Shown: in pieces, positions 28,838-37,869 of the stretch | How the letters are laid out: every line of letters begins with the position of its first letter | How positions within the stretch are numbered: the first letter of the stretch is position 1 | DNA from: a virus | Lineage: Duplodnaviria > Heunggongvirae > Uroviricota > Caudoviricetes | DNA length: 41,514 nucleotides | Direction: 5' to 3' (one strand) | Virus record (IMG/VR): IMGVR_UViG_2690316276_000005 | Translations under genes and position numbers: made by a program | The notes under the pieces: model-generated | Database searches by the model: none | The model's input: only the letters and a program-made list of their open reading frames with translations | What the model was told of the DNA's origin: nothing

Positions 28838-29358
28838 TGGCTGCCCCCTTTGTACTGTGTTAACTCTTCCTGCTCCTGCATCATGCGATTGACCTGAACG
28901 CGTGTGCGTCGAACGGCAAAATTAAATTGAAACATGAGCCGGAACATTTCTGATGCTTCCGTGTGAGCATCACGGATAGGTGACAGGCGGTACAGTTCTG
29001 CCTCCGTAGCTTGTTGAATCAATGACAGATCAAATTGAAGTGCGGGTCTGGTACATTTTGCACATCTGGCAGCAAGCTCCGGTATTAGTCTCTTAACGAA
29101 GGTGTTTTGCACCGCTTTGTTGATTTGTGTCTGCATCCAAATCGCAAATTTCAGCGAACGCATAAGTTTGATAGCCTCGGGCAGCGGCAGATAGATCATG
29201 CTGGTAGATTTGGGTGGTTGGTGAACCATCTTCACGGATACGCGATTTCGCAGCGTTCGGAAAATCGTGTTCCCAACAACAGCTTCTACGGATACAGGAC
29301 AGGGAGCCAGACCAGCCCGCAGTGCTTCTTTCATTAGCATGTATTCGTATTTTTTCAT
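28834..29358 (-). CDS. Hypothetical protein (174 aa)
   Basis: Uninterrupted ORF, first of three coupled small genes; no family recognised by eye. Confidence 0.5.
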   Translation of the reverse strand: MKKYEYMLMKEALRAGLAPCPVSVEAVVGNTIFRTLRNRVSVKMVHQPPKSTSMIYLPLPEAIKLMRSLKFAIWMQTQINKAVQNTFVKRLIPELAARCAKCTRPALQFDLSLIQQATEAELYRLSPIRDAHTEASEMFRLMFQFNFAVRRTRVQVNRMMQEQEELTQYKGGSQ

Positions 29359-29418
29359 CGTGTTTTCCTCGTGCGGGGCGACAGTGCACCCCGATAAAAT
29401 TAAAAGCCGTCAAATTCG

Positions 29419-29730
29419 TCATTCAGGAAATAATGCCCGGATATTCCCTGCTATCTGACTGGTTATCTGTGCGGTTGGTACTGGCTGTGGCACGGGGCGT
29501 TCTGTCCTGGTTTGTGTCACCGATAACGCCTCATCGTCAGCCCATGCAGCCAGTCGGTAAGCCTCTGCTGGATTCATTTTCAGAAGTGCCAGCCCGGCCA
29601 GAAAAGCCACGCGTTGGCCGCTTTTGCGGGCTTCTGGTGTAAGGCTGCCCAGCCAGGCGCATGCTTCGCTTTCGTTCTTGACGGCCGCAGGCTTCAGATA
29701 GAAACTTATCCGTCTGGTTGGTGTCGTCAT
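29419..29730 (-). CDS. ParR-like ribbon-helix-helix DNA-binding protein (putative adaptor of the ParM-like ATPase)
   Basis: Starts 5 bp after the parM-like stop; about 103 aa; RRISFYLKP...ESEACAWLGSLT...RVAFLAGLALL resembles the R1 ParR N-terminal RHH pattern as recalled. Confidence 0.5.
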   Translation of the reverse strand: MTTPTRRISFYLKPAAVKNESEACAWLGSLTPEARKSGQRVAFLAGLALLKMNPAEAYRLAAWADDEALSVTQTRTERPVPQPVPTAQITSQIAGNIRALFPE

Positions 29731-29734
29731 TGGT

Positions 29735-30694
29735 TTACTCCTTGTCCATTGCGTACAGCCCATTAACCAGAGCAAACTGTGGCACCCCGTCCGCGATGAA
29801 AGTCGCATTAACTCCGCAGGCTTCGCGGATAGCGGGTGCCACAATCTCCGCCCCTCCACCGACAACCATCACCCGCCCGTAACCCGAAAAACCCGCCAGC
29901 GCGCGGATCACGCGTTGTTTCAGTGTTTCTTCCTTTTCACGAATAACCGCCATCAGGCTGGCGTAATGCGCGTCATTGTGGATGTGCTGGCGCAGCCAGG
30001 CTTCATCATGGCGATGTTCGATAATGGTATTGGCGATGTGGTGACTGGTGCGCATACCGTTAGTGGCCATCACCGACAGTACGGCATCGGCCATCAGAGA
30101 AACGCCTACGTGTGGATCGCAAAACACCTGGCTGATACCTGCCAGTTGCCCCTGAACCTTTGCCACATCCAGCGTGGTTCCGCCCAAATCCACAATCAGC
30201 AGGGATTCAAACGGACTCATGTCAGCCAGTGCCTTAAAGCCAGCCGGAATGGATTCAGGCATAACCCGCACGTTACGGATAGTGAATGCTTCGCCGTTCT
30301 GGTACTCCACCGGGCGCATAACGTTCGCTTTTTTGCGGTTGATGTTGGCCATGTCCGGCTGTGCGTTTGTGTCGAAATACTCGCTCAGTGGCAGGGTGAC
30401 AACCACATCCACCTCCTGTGGCGTGATGCCTGATTTGACCAGCGCGTGATGAATGGCAATGACATTTACATCGCTGTACTGGTATTGCGTGTCGGTTGTC
30501 TGGACAAAGCGATCGCTGACCGGATCAAAACCATAGCGCACGCCATCAAGCATGTAGTTCGCGGGCTGCATGCCACCGAACGGCGCAGACCATTCCGACT
30601 TGAAGCTGTTCGGGCTGATGGCGTTGCGGCGTTCGCCGTTCTCAGTCCATGCCAGCTTGATGTTGGTGGAGCCGTCGTCGATACAAATTTTCAT
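29735..30694 (-). CDS. ParM/StbA-like actin-fold ATPase
   Basis: [35 protein letters not shown]... parallels R1 ParM [21 protein letters not shown]...ISPNSFKREW; also ...[13 protein letters not shown]... and ...[12 protein letters not shown]... phosphate/adenosine motifs. Confidence 0.85.
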   Translation of the reverse strand: [319 protein letters not shown]

Positions 30695-30723
30695 GTCGCT
30701 TTTCCTTATGTTGATTAATTAAT

Positions 30724-30839
30724 CGTTTACGGGATTCTGAAATCCCGTTTTTGCCTGTTTTGTGCGCGCTTCATATATCGCTGCGCGTTTTTTGCTCATT
30801 TACGGGATTCGTGAGTCCCGTTTCTGTCTGTTTTTTGTT
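30724..30839. repeat. Two direct repeats of about 40 bp, each containing a palindrome (ACGGGATT-N4-AATCCCGT); candidate parC-like centromere or origin
   Basis: Repeat 1 at 30724-30764 (palindrome 30729-30748); repeat 2 at 30797-30839 (palindrome 30802-30821, one arm mismatch). Directly upstream of the parM-like start and overlapping the 3' end of gene A. Confidence 0.5.
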
Positions 30840-33593
30840 TCCACTGGTCAGGCCACCCCGCAGCAGGTCTGCTTTGCGGCGGGCGCGTTCAGTGGTTTCA
30901 CTGATTCTCTGTGCGTGCTCTGCGTCGCGGATGGCGCGCAGCATGTCAGAAAGCACGGTAACGGGTGTTTTCATGGTGTTCTGGTCCTGCTGAAGTGTGG
31001 ATGCCAGGCGTGCGGCGGCTTCAGGGTCTGATGCCCCCAGCTGTGTCAGATAGCTGGCGACCGGGTTATGGCGGATCTCCGTGCTGCTTACGCCATGATT
31101 ACGGCTCAGGCGCTGCCAGAGCTGCGTGATTCGGCTGTCCGGGCGGGTATCCGGTTTGCGTACAATTTCAAATCCCTGCGGTGCAATGATGCTGCCGTCA
31201 ACGTACAGACTGCCGCCCCGTAACAGGTGCTGCATCTGTTGTTCACCGATATGCAGGCCGAGAGATTCAGCAGACTCCCGCCATTCTTTAGCGAGTAATT
31301 CGTGGTTATCAGGCAAAGGCCGCTGCTGTTTGCGGCTCTGTGTCCAGCTCTGCATTTCATCACTGCTGTTTTTTGCCTGTTTGTCACGAAGCGAACGCAT
31401 CAGCGCCCGGCGTTCGTGCCGTTTCAGTGAGCGCATCCATTCATCCACATCAACGCCGTCAGGGAGCTGCGGCCACGGTGCTGGCCGTTCTTCCGGCTGT
31501 TCTGTCCCGTTGTTGTCCGTTTCCTGTACACGGGGACAGTTATTGCCACGAGTCCAAGGGGCGGCAGGGCCGCCCTGAAGGTCAAAACCATTTTCGCGGG
31601 CGCTGTCTTCCGCTTCCGGTTTGCGTCTTACCAGCTTCCAGTTATCCGGATGCGTGCACACACGGGAGGATTCCCCGATGAGTGGTGACCAGATCCCGTA
31701 AATCTGTACGCTCTGTTCGCCGTAATCGTTCAGCTCATCGGCGAGGTCGTAGGCGGTGCGAATCAGGTAGTCTTTGCGTGGAACAAGTACGCCGCCCTGT
31801 TTCTCTATGTAGGTGGCAAAACATCCGGCATCAGCGGCGGCAAGAACCGCATCCATTGCGTCATCCTTCAGCCGTTGCGGGCCTTCCGGGTTGCGTGCCA
31901 TCTGGCTGGCAAGGCGGCGCAGTTCACGCCATACCTGGCGGGAGGGGATGCCAAAGAACTGGAACTGGCGGACCCGGTGAAGGCGCGCCCAGCCGATGGC
32001 GCGTTCCACGCTCTCGGCCATTGATTTTCCGGTTTCGTGGTCAACGCGTGGCTTGCCCGTTTTCGGGTCGATGCCATCCACGGCGCGGCTGTCCAGGTTT
32101 TTCCCGATGTAGGTGGCGATGTAGCTGGTTGGCGTGCCTTTTGAGCCGTCTACATACTCCGCCTTAAAGCGCGGAGTTATGTCATCGCCCAGCTCGTGAC
32201 GATCTTCCTGAATGGCAATATCGCGGGTGTGGGACACAATGGTGTCGATTTCTTCCGGATGAGCAAAGACCATCATATGCCAGTGCACGGTGCCGTCATG
32301 GTGAGGCTCCGCCGTGCGGATGCCATACCAGCGCAGGCCGTCGCGGTTCAGTTTTTTGCGGACCGTCGCAAAAAACGTGTTAACCAGGTAATCGCTGGAG
32401 TCGCGCATTGTGGCCCCGTTCCATTTGGGATTCGGATGACCGTTCTCCGTTGTGGCGTGGTATTTTGACGGGCAGGTGACAGTCAGAAACACCGCTTTGT
32501 CGCCACGGGCTTCGGCCAGAAGTTCCAGCCCCTTCATGGTGGCCATCATTTCTGCCTTACGGTGAACCGGGTTACTTACTCCCGCGTAATACACCGTCTC
32601 GAGATCAATCGTGAACCCGTCTTCATTTTCCAGCATGAAACTTTTCAGGAAATCGCGTGTTTTCTCGCGCTGTGCGCGAAACTCGCTTAACGCGTCCTGG
32701 CTCAGATAGGGCGATGTTTTTCTGGAAACCAGACAGGCGGCGCGAAGTTGTTCTTCTCTCCACTCGCAACGTAACAGCCACAGTTTGCGTTTCCACCATT
32801 CCGCACAGGTCAGGCGAAGGATTGCGCCCGGCAGCAGTTCTGTGTCCGGTTCGTGCCTCCGGTCTTTGTCTGTTGTCAGTGCGTCATAATGCGGAGGCAT
32901 GGCGTGTAAGTGTAACGCCATGCGGGCCAGCATCTGATACGCCTTCAGCGTTACATCCATGGTCAGCTCGCCATCAGTCGCGCCAAAACCATCGCAGAGT
33001 TTTTCGAAGGTGCTGCTGAACATCGCCGCCGTCATGGTGGCCAGCGTCTGTATCTGGTGTTTGTTGAGTTGCGGCAGGTAAAGCAAATCGTCCAGGCGTT
33101 CACGTCCGGCAAGGGAGCGATAACCCGGTGTCAGCCAGTGTCCGTCAGTGCGATCCAGACGTTCGAATATTTTGCGCAGGGTTCCGCGTGCATAGCGTTC
33201 CGCCTGCCAGCTCTTTTTGCCTTTCCGGCGATCGGCTTCCTGTTTTTTGCGCAGGAAGGAGAGGTGGCGAATAAGCGGATCGCGCAGATAGGACGGCAGC
33301 AGGCGCAGCGAGGCCATGGCTTCATCCACCGCGCCGCGTGCCTGTTTTCTGGCGTCTCCTGCCAGTGTGATGGTTTTGTCCTGTTTTTCCTGTGCGTCCA
33401 GGCTTTTATTAATCAGGTTGCCCAGTGGCGTGGCGGAGAACGCCGCATCAGCCATTTCCTGGCGGCGCTCGTTCTCTGCCCGGTGGGCATCCAGCCAGGA
33501 GGAAAGCGCGGATTCAGGAGCGGGGATCCCCGTTCCTTCACGCCCCACTGCGTGGCGCGGTTGTTGCCAGTCCCTGATGTACTCTGCCGTCAT
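30771..33593 (-). CDS. Replication initiation endonuclease (P2 gpA-like, rolling-circle HUH family)
   Basis: 940 aa; ...DGTVHWHMMVF... (HUH-type motif) and ...TPTSYIATYIGKN... (active-site Tyr region); position between the early genes and the cos-proximal accessory region. Confidence 0.8.
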   Translation of the reverse strand: MTAEYIRDWQQPRHAVGREGTGIPAPESALSSWLDAHRAENERRQEMADAAFSATPLGNLINKSLDAQEKQDKTITLAGDARKQARGAVDEAMASLRLLPSYLRDPLIRHLSFLRKKQEADRRKGKKSWQAERYARGTLRKIFERLDRTDGHWLTPGYRSLAGRERLDDLLYLPQLNKHQIQTLATMTAAMFSSTFEKLCDGFGATDGELTMDVTLKAYQMLARMALHLHAMPPHYDALTTDKDRRHEPDTELLPGAILRLTCAEWWKRKLWLLRCEWREEQLRAACLVSRKTSPYLSQDALSEFRAQREKTRDFLKSFMLENEDGFTIDLETVYYAGVSNPVHRKAEMMATMKGLELLAEARGDKAVFLTVTCPSKYHATTENGHPNPKWNGATMRDSSDYLVNTFFATVRKKLNRDGLRWYGIRTAEPHHDGTVHWHMMVFAHPEEIDTIVSHTRDIAIQEDRHELGDDITPRFKAEYVDGSKGTPTSYIATYIGKNLDSRAVDGIDPKTGKPRVDHETGKSMAESVERAIGWARLHRVRQFQFFGIPSRQVWRELRRLASQMARNPEGPQRLKDDAMDAVLAAADAGCFATYIEKQGGVLVPRKDYLIRTAYDLADELNDYGEQSVQIYGIWSPLIGESSRVCTHPDNWKLVRRKPEAEDSARENGFDLQGGPAAPWTRGNNCPRVQETDNNGTEQPEERPAPWPQLPDGVDVDEWMRSLKRHERRALMRSLRDKQAKNSSDEMQSWTQSRKQQRPLPDNHELLAKEWRESAESLGLHIGEQQMQHLLRGGSLYVDGSIIAPQGFEIVRKPDTRPDSRITQLWQRLSRNHGVSSTEIRHNPVASYLTQLGASDPEAAARLASTLQQDQNTMKTPVTVLSDMLRAIRDAEHAQRISETTERARRKADLLRGGLTSGNKKQTETGLTNPVNEQKTRSDI

Positions 33594-33599
33594 AGTGAT

Positions 33600-33965
33600 T
33601 TACTTCGTCATGCCATTCAGGGTGTCGCGGCAGACTGTAGCCAGCCGCTGAATTTCCAGCACGGTGTCTTCTGTGTCGGCATGGCGATGTGTGATGCGGA
33701 TGCTGTCGGCAATCACATCGACGATTGCAGAGGATGGGCGCTGGTAAATGCCAATAACGGACGGGGTGCCACCTTCAATGCGGTAAAGCCTGTAATTTCC
33801 CTCGTGGCTGTCAATCATGTAGCGACCATCAATAACAATCTTTCCGTCAGCGAGCTGCGGTACAGGCAGGGATTTCAGGTACATGTCATAACGATCACGC
33901 ACGCGAGCGGCAAGATCACGCTCTGTGTTGAGCAGGTATTCAAGAAAGTCGTTGGCGAGAATCAT
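33600..33965 (-). CDS. Hypothetical early protein (121 aa), immediately upstream of gene A
   Basis: ORF ends 7 bp before the A start; occupies the P2 gene B position but no similarity was recognised. Confidence 0.45.
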   Translation of the reverse strand: MILANDFLEYLLNTERDLAARVRDRYDMYLKSLPVPQLADGKIVIDGRYMIDSHEGNYRLYRIEGGTPSVIGIYQRPSSAIVDVIADSIRITHRHADTEDTVLEIQRLATVCRDTLNGMTK

Positions 33966-34106
33966 TGCGGCAATCCTCTTGTTACAGATGTGCGAAGGCC
34001 TCCCGCCGCAAGGTGCAGGAAAGGCCCGGAACAGGAATTAATGGAGTTTGTTTTGCTGCCGGATGAGCTGCTGAAGCCCGACGTGGTTTCCGGCAGTTGG
34101 AGGTGC

Positions 34107-34352
34107 TCATGCTCTGATTTCCCTCAGTAGCTGGTTGAACATCTGGGTTAGTGGGTTGCTACACCCAAACGGCATCAGGTTTACCTGATAAGAAAAGCGA
34201 CCGCCTGTTTTGCGCTCTTTTCTTGTGACTAAACCGCTGCGCCAGAGACGGCGTAGCTCCGCATTAATGGTTGTGGTTGGTGTATTCAGTGCTGCGGCGA
34301 TTTCTCCACTGCTACAACCCGGATTGGCAGCGATGTAGTCCAGAATGGTCAT
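34107..34352 (-). CDS. Small winged-helix-like DNA-binding protein
   Basis: 81 aa; ...SSGEIAAALNTPTTTINAELRRLWRSGLVTRKERK... is a helix-turn-helix / wing pattern. Confidence 0.5.
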   Translation of the reverse strand: MTILDYIAANPGCSSGEIAAALNTPTTTINAELRRLWRSGLVTRKERKTGGRFSYQVNLMPFGCSNPLTQMFNQLLREIRA

Positions 34353-34552
34353 CTGCGTGACTCCTGTACCTGTCTGATAAGATTCACCTGCACCACGTTG
34401 GTGGCGCAGAAGTAAGTGCCGTCAGTGAGATAGATATGATGTGCATCCTTTTCTGAACGGTGTTTGTCGATTGTGGTAATCAGGCGTTCGTCAACTTCGT
34501 ATTCACGTCCTCTGGAGGTGAAACGAACGACAGGAAAATGCTTAATTGCCAT
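34349..34552 (-). CDS. Hypothetical small protein (start taken at internal Met)
   Basis: MAIKHFPVVRFTSRGREYEVDERLITT...; stop overlaps the next start by 4 nt. Confidence 0.4.
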   Translation of the reverse strand: MAIKHFPVVRFTSRGREYEVDERLITTIDKHRSEKDAHHIYLTDGTYFCATNVVQVNLIRQVQESRR

Positions 34553-34748
34553 TACGCCTCCTTGGCGTGTGCGAATACCTCCGCGAATGCGGATTGTTTT
34601 CACATTTTCTTATTTAACCTGGGGTCTTATTTGCGCGGTTATTCTTCAGTGAAAAAGCGTTCAATCTTTTTTACTGAATTAATAATTCGCATAATCCCAA
34701 TGGCGCAGACCACCGAAATAATCAGAACAAGCCATGAAATAAATATAC

Positions 34749-34994
34749 TCATGCGATATTTCCCAGCTTATACGGTTCAATATGTTCCCCGCATTCTGCG
34801 GCACAGATCAGCTCGGAAAGTTCGTTAAGTGCATCCAGATCATCAGCGTAAAAAGCCACGTCATACAGACTTCGGATTGCTCTGGTCAATGAGTCACGGG
34901 CCGCACGTTCAGCATGAGCGCCTGATGCACTTAAGCGAAAATAAAAACGCTCAAGTGCTTTGTTAATGAGAGTTTTATATTCTTTGCCCATCAC
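34749..34994 (-). CDS. Hypothetical small protein (81 aa)
   Basis: ORF in the early-region string, co-oriented with gene A. Confidence 0.4.
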   Translation of the reverse strand: MMGKEYKTLINKALERFYFRLSASGAHAERAARDSLTRAIRSLYDVAFYADDLDALNELSELICAAECGEHIEPYKLGNIA

Positions 34995-35002
34995 AACGCC
35001 CT

Positions 35003-35290
35003 TTAATCTGCTTTCTGTATTTCAGCTTCTGAATCCATACAAATAATTTCGATATAGGGTTCATCGCCATTAACCTGGCGTGCCTTTTCATCTTCGCTGA
35101 TGATTTCTCGTACGGTCTGGTACGGAAGTTCCACAAGCAGTCGCGTGCCGTTCAGATAAACGTAAGTGGCTTCGTCGGCTCCGTTTTTACCCGCCGGAGT
35201 CACTCCGTCAATAGCGGATGCACGTAATAACAGTTCACCGCGAAAATCAATAAAACGGATAAATACACCTTGTGCATTGTCTTTGGTCAT
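35003..35290 (-). CDS. Hypothetical small protein (start at internal Met)
   Basis: MTKDNAQGVFIRFIDFRGELLLRASAIDG...; co-oriented early gene. Confidence 0.4.
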   Translation of the reverse strand: MTKDNAQGVFIRFIDFRGELLLRASAIDGVTPAGKNGADEATYVYLNGTRLLVELPYQTVREIISEDEKARQVNGDEPYIEIICMDSEAEIQKAD

Positions 35291-35300
35291 AAAGCACCTG

Positions 35301-35639
35301 TTATAAATCAGCCTGTTTAATAAAACTTTGCCCGCGAAGCAGACGATCAACCGTGCGAAGTGCTTCGTATAATGTGAAATCCTGCCCGAACTGATTGTCG
35401 CCACAGCTCAGTGCAAAAATGCGGTTTCCGGTAAACGGATTGCGTGGGCATTTGTGGATCACGATTCCAGCTTTCTCAATCAGCCAGGCGTGCTCGCCGA
35501 TTTGTTTTACTGGGTAGCCATCCGGCGTTGCGTGTGTATCACTCAGGCTGTAGCGGATGTTGCTGCGTGATGCACTGGTAGTGAAACGGTTAGCGTGGCG
35601 TTCTGTTCCGGTACAAAAATTACGGCGTTGCTTCAGCAT
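35301..35639 (-). CDS. Hypothetical early protein (112 aa)
   Basis: ORF in the early operon; no family recognised. Confidence 0.4.
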   Translation of the reverse strand: MLKQRRNFCTGTERHANRFTTSASRSNIRYSLSDTHATPDGYPVKQIGEHAWLIEKAGIVIHKCPRNPFTGNRIFALSCGDNQFGQDFTLYEALRTVDRLLRGQSFIKQADL

Positions 35640-35653
35640 AAAATGACACCTCG

Positions 35654-35932
35654 TTATTTTGTCATCTGCACGTATTTCTCTGCGTTTCTGATGGTTTTCA
35701 GGAAAATTGCGAAGAGATTTACTTTGCGTTTTGTGTTTCTTCCTTCTTGAGTAACGGGAATTACCGATCTATCAGCCTGCCTTCTTACAGCGAGAATGCT
35801 TTGATTTGTGCGTTTCGCATAATCCTCTAGGCTTTCTTCAAGTACCGGTAGCCCATGTTCATTACGGTATGGGTAGAACGCCGCCAAACGCTCAAAATCC
35901 GCTTGTTCGTATGTGTTAAGGACTTTTGCCAT
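35654..35932 (-). CDS. First early-operon gene, divergent from the repressor (Cox/Apl position; identity not recognised)
   Basis: 92-aa ORF starting about 95 bp from the repressor start on the opposite strand; assignment by position only. Confidence 0.4.
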   Translation of the reverse strand: MAKVLNTYEQADFERLAAFYPYRNEHGLPVLEESLEDYAKRTNQSILAVRRQADRSVIPVTQEGRNTKRKVNLFAIFLKTIRNAEKYVQMTK

Positions 35933-36027
35933 GGTGTGATAACCTATTCAATCTGGTGCTATTTGTGGCTCTTTGTAGCGTCAAGTGGTACTCAACTGAT
36001 AACCAATATAGTATTCAGGTGCACACC

Positions 36028-36339
36028 ATGTCAATAGAGATATCAAAGAAGCTAAAAGCAATTCGAGAATCTGAGGGGCTTAGTCAGGCAAAGTTCGCGG
36101 ATTCAATAGGTATTGCGGTTGGTACGGTTAAGCAATACGAGACTGGTATTCGAGGTGTGGGAACGGAGGTTTTACTGAAAATCACAATGCACCCGGAATT
36201 TAAAAAATACACTACGTGGTTGATGAGTAACGAAACAAATGAGGCTGCTGGGCAGATCAGTCCTTCTCTCTCCCCTGATGGGCCAGAAAACACATCGTCT
36301 TCTCAAAAATCCCGCAAGACTGGCACACAGCCCGGCTAA
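36028..36339 (+). CDS. Immunity repressor (P2 C-like)
   Basis: MSIEISKKLKAIRESEGLSQAKFADSIGIAVGTVKQYETG...MHPEFKKYTTWLMSNETNEAAGQISP parallels P2 C (...TPQFTKYTLWFMTNQIAPESGQIAP...) as recalled. Confidence 0.75.
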   Translation: MSIEISKKLKAIRESEGLSQAKFADSIGIAVGTVKQYETGIRGVGTEVLLKITMHPEFKKYTTWLMSNETNEAAGQISPSLSPDGPENTSSSQKSRKTGTQPG

Positions 36340-36388
36340 TCATGGAACGCTGGGGGCATGGTGGTCTTGTAACGCTGGGGCTTCACGA

Positions 36389-37366
36389 ATGAGCATAAAA
36401 TCAATTCCGGGAGGGTATCTTCTTGACATGCGTCCTGAGGGGCGTAAAGGCAAACGCATTCGCAAAAAATTTAAAACGAAATCGGATGCAGTTTTATATG
36501 AGCGGTGGGTGCTGGCGCAACAGCATAACAATGAGTGGAAAGGAAACTCCATTGATCGCCGTCCGCTGTCAGTGCTTATTGACTTGTGGTGGAAATACCA
36601 CGGCCAGCTAATGAAGTCAGGGCATAACACGCGCCTTAAATTGCTGCGCTTGAGTGAGGCAATGGATGACCCGTGCGTGCATAAACTTAATACAACGATG
36701 CTCACCGAGCTACGTGTGTCCAGGATAGAGCAGGGGATACAGCCCAGCACCATAAATCGAGAGATTGGGGCGTTAAGCGCGATGTTTACCGCACTCATCT
36801 CATCCGGCCATTTTCTTAACGATAACCCCGTTCAAGGCCTTAAAGGAATGAAGGTTAACGAGCGTGAAATGGGATATCTGAGTAAGTCTGAATGTGTTCA
36901 GTTGCTGGATGCACTGGCTGAAAATCCCGATGAACGGCTGGCCGTCGAAATCCTTCTGTCGACCGGGGCGCGATGGGGCGAGGTAGCGGCACTGGAGCAG
37001 CGCCGTGTTCTTCATTGTCGAATCACTTTTTCAAAAACGAAGAACAGCAAAAACCGTACCGTTCCTATTTCTGAAAGCCTGTTTGAAAAGATCAAAAAAC
37101 GGGGCGGGAAACTGGTGTTTCCGACGCTGGATTATTCATTGGTTCGCGATGTCATCAAAACGGTCGCACCTGATGTTCCTGACGGCCAGGCTGTTCATGC
37201 GCTGCGCCACACCTTCGCCAGTCATTTCATGATGAACGGCGGCAATATTCTGACGCTCCAGAAAATTCTGGGGCACGCAAAGATTCAGACAACGATGATT
37301 TATGCCCATCTTGCGCCGGATTACTTGCAGGATGCGGTGAGGTTTAATCCCTTGGGAGGAATGTAA
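36389..37366 (+). CDS. int: Tyrosine integrase (P2-type)
   Basis: MSIKSIPGGYLLDMRPEGRKGKRIRKKFKTKSDA... N-terminal arm; catalytic region ...LLSTGARWGE...HALRHTFASHFMMNGGNILTLQKILGHAKIQTTMIYAHL (R..H-x-x-R..Y). Confidence 0.9.
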   Translation: MSIKSIPGGYLLDMRPEGRKGKRIRKKFKTKSDAVLYERWVLAQQHNNEWKGNSIDRRPLSVLIDLWWKYHGQLMKSGHNTRLKLLRLSEAMDDPCVHKLNTTMLTELRVSRIEQGIQPSTINREIGALSAMFTALISSGHFLNDNPVQGLKGMKVNEREMGYLSKSECVQLLDALAENPDERLAVEILLSTGARWGEVAALEQRRVLHCRITFSKTKNSKNRTVPISESLFEKIKKRGGKLVFPTLDYSLVRDVIKTVAPDVPDGQAVHALRHTFASHFMMNGGNILTLQKILGHAKIQTTMIYAHLAPDYLQDAVRFNPLGGM

Positions 37367-37368
37367 CT

Positions 37369-37869
37369 ATGGAAATAAAAAAACCTACAAAAAAAGAGTT
37401 ATATGACTATTTACTATCGAAATATATAGAAGATAAATGCAAAGAAGAAGCTGATGAAATCAATAAGAAGTCGATGAGTCGTGTCAAAAAACATAAAGAG
37501 CGGCTGATGGAGATTACGCCAGAAATCTTCTTCCGTTTCTTGTCTGAGAAGGGGGTCTCCAGTGTCTGCCCTTCATGTGGATCGTCGCGATTATCTGTTC
37601 CAGAAAGTATGGATCTTTGCTGGGATAAAAATAAGAAACCAGAAAATTTTAACAATCTACCCCTGGAGGAACAGAGTGAGTTAATTAAAGAGAACATAAA
37701 GCATTATGTATCTTATGCTTTTTTGGGTGATGTTAAGAGCATACCTGATATGCGCAAAACTTATTACACGCTGCATTGCCTGAATTGTGGTTACCTGAGC
37801 CTTTATCGTACGTCTGCGGTGCTGAAGTGGTTGGAGAAAGACAAAGCGCAGGATGGTGATAATGGGTAA
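37369..37869 (+). CDS. AT-rich hypothetical protein with two CxxC pairs (zinc-ribbon-like)
   Basis: 166 aa, very Lys/Glu-rich, CPSCG ... CLNCG; codon usage visibly AT-rich versus neighbours; starts 3 bp after int stop. Confidence 0.55.
   Translation: MEIKKPTKKELYDYLLSKYIEDKCKEEADEINKKSMSRVKKHKERLMEITPEIFFRFLSEKGVSSVCPSCGSSRLSVPESMDLCWDKNKKPENFNNLPLEEQSELIKENIKHYVSYAFLGDVKSIPDMRKTYYTLHCLNCGYLSLYRTSAVLKWLEKDKAQDGDNG

Noticed and set aside
33057-34130. 357-aa ORF on the plus strand
   Set aside because: Antisense to the 5' part of replication gene A and the adjacent early ORF; no motifs; shadow ORF.
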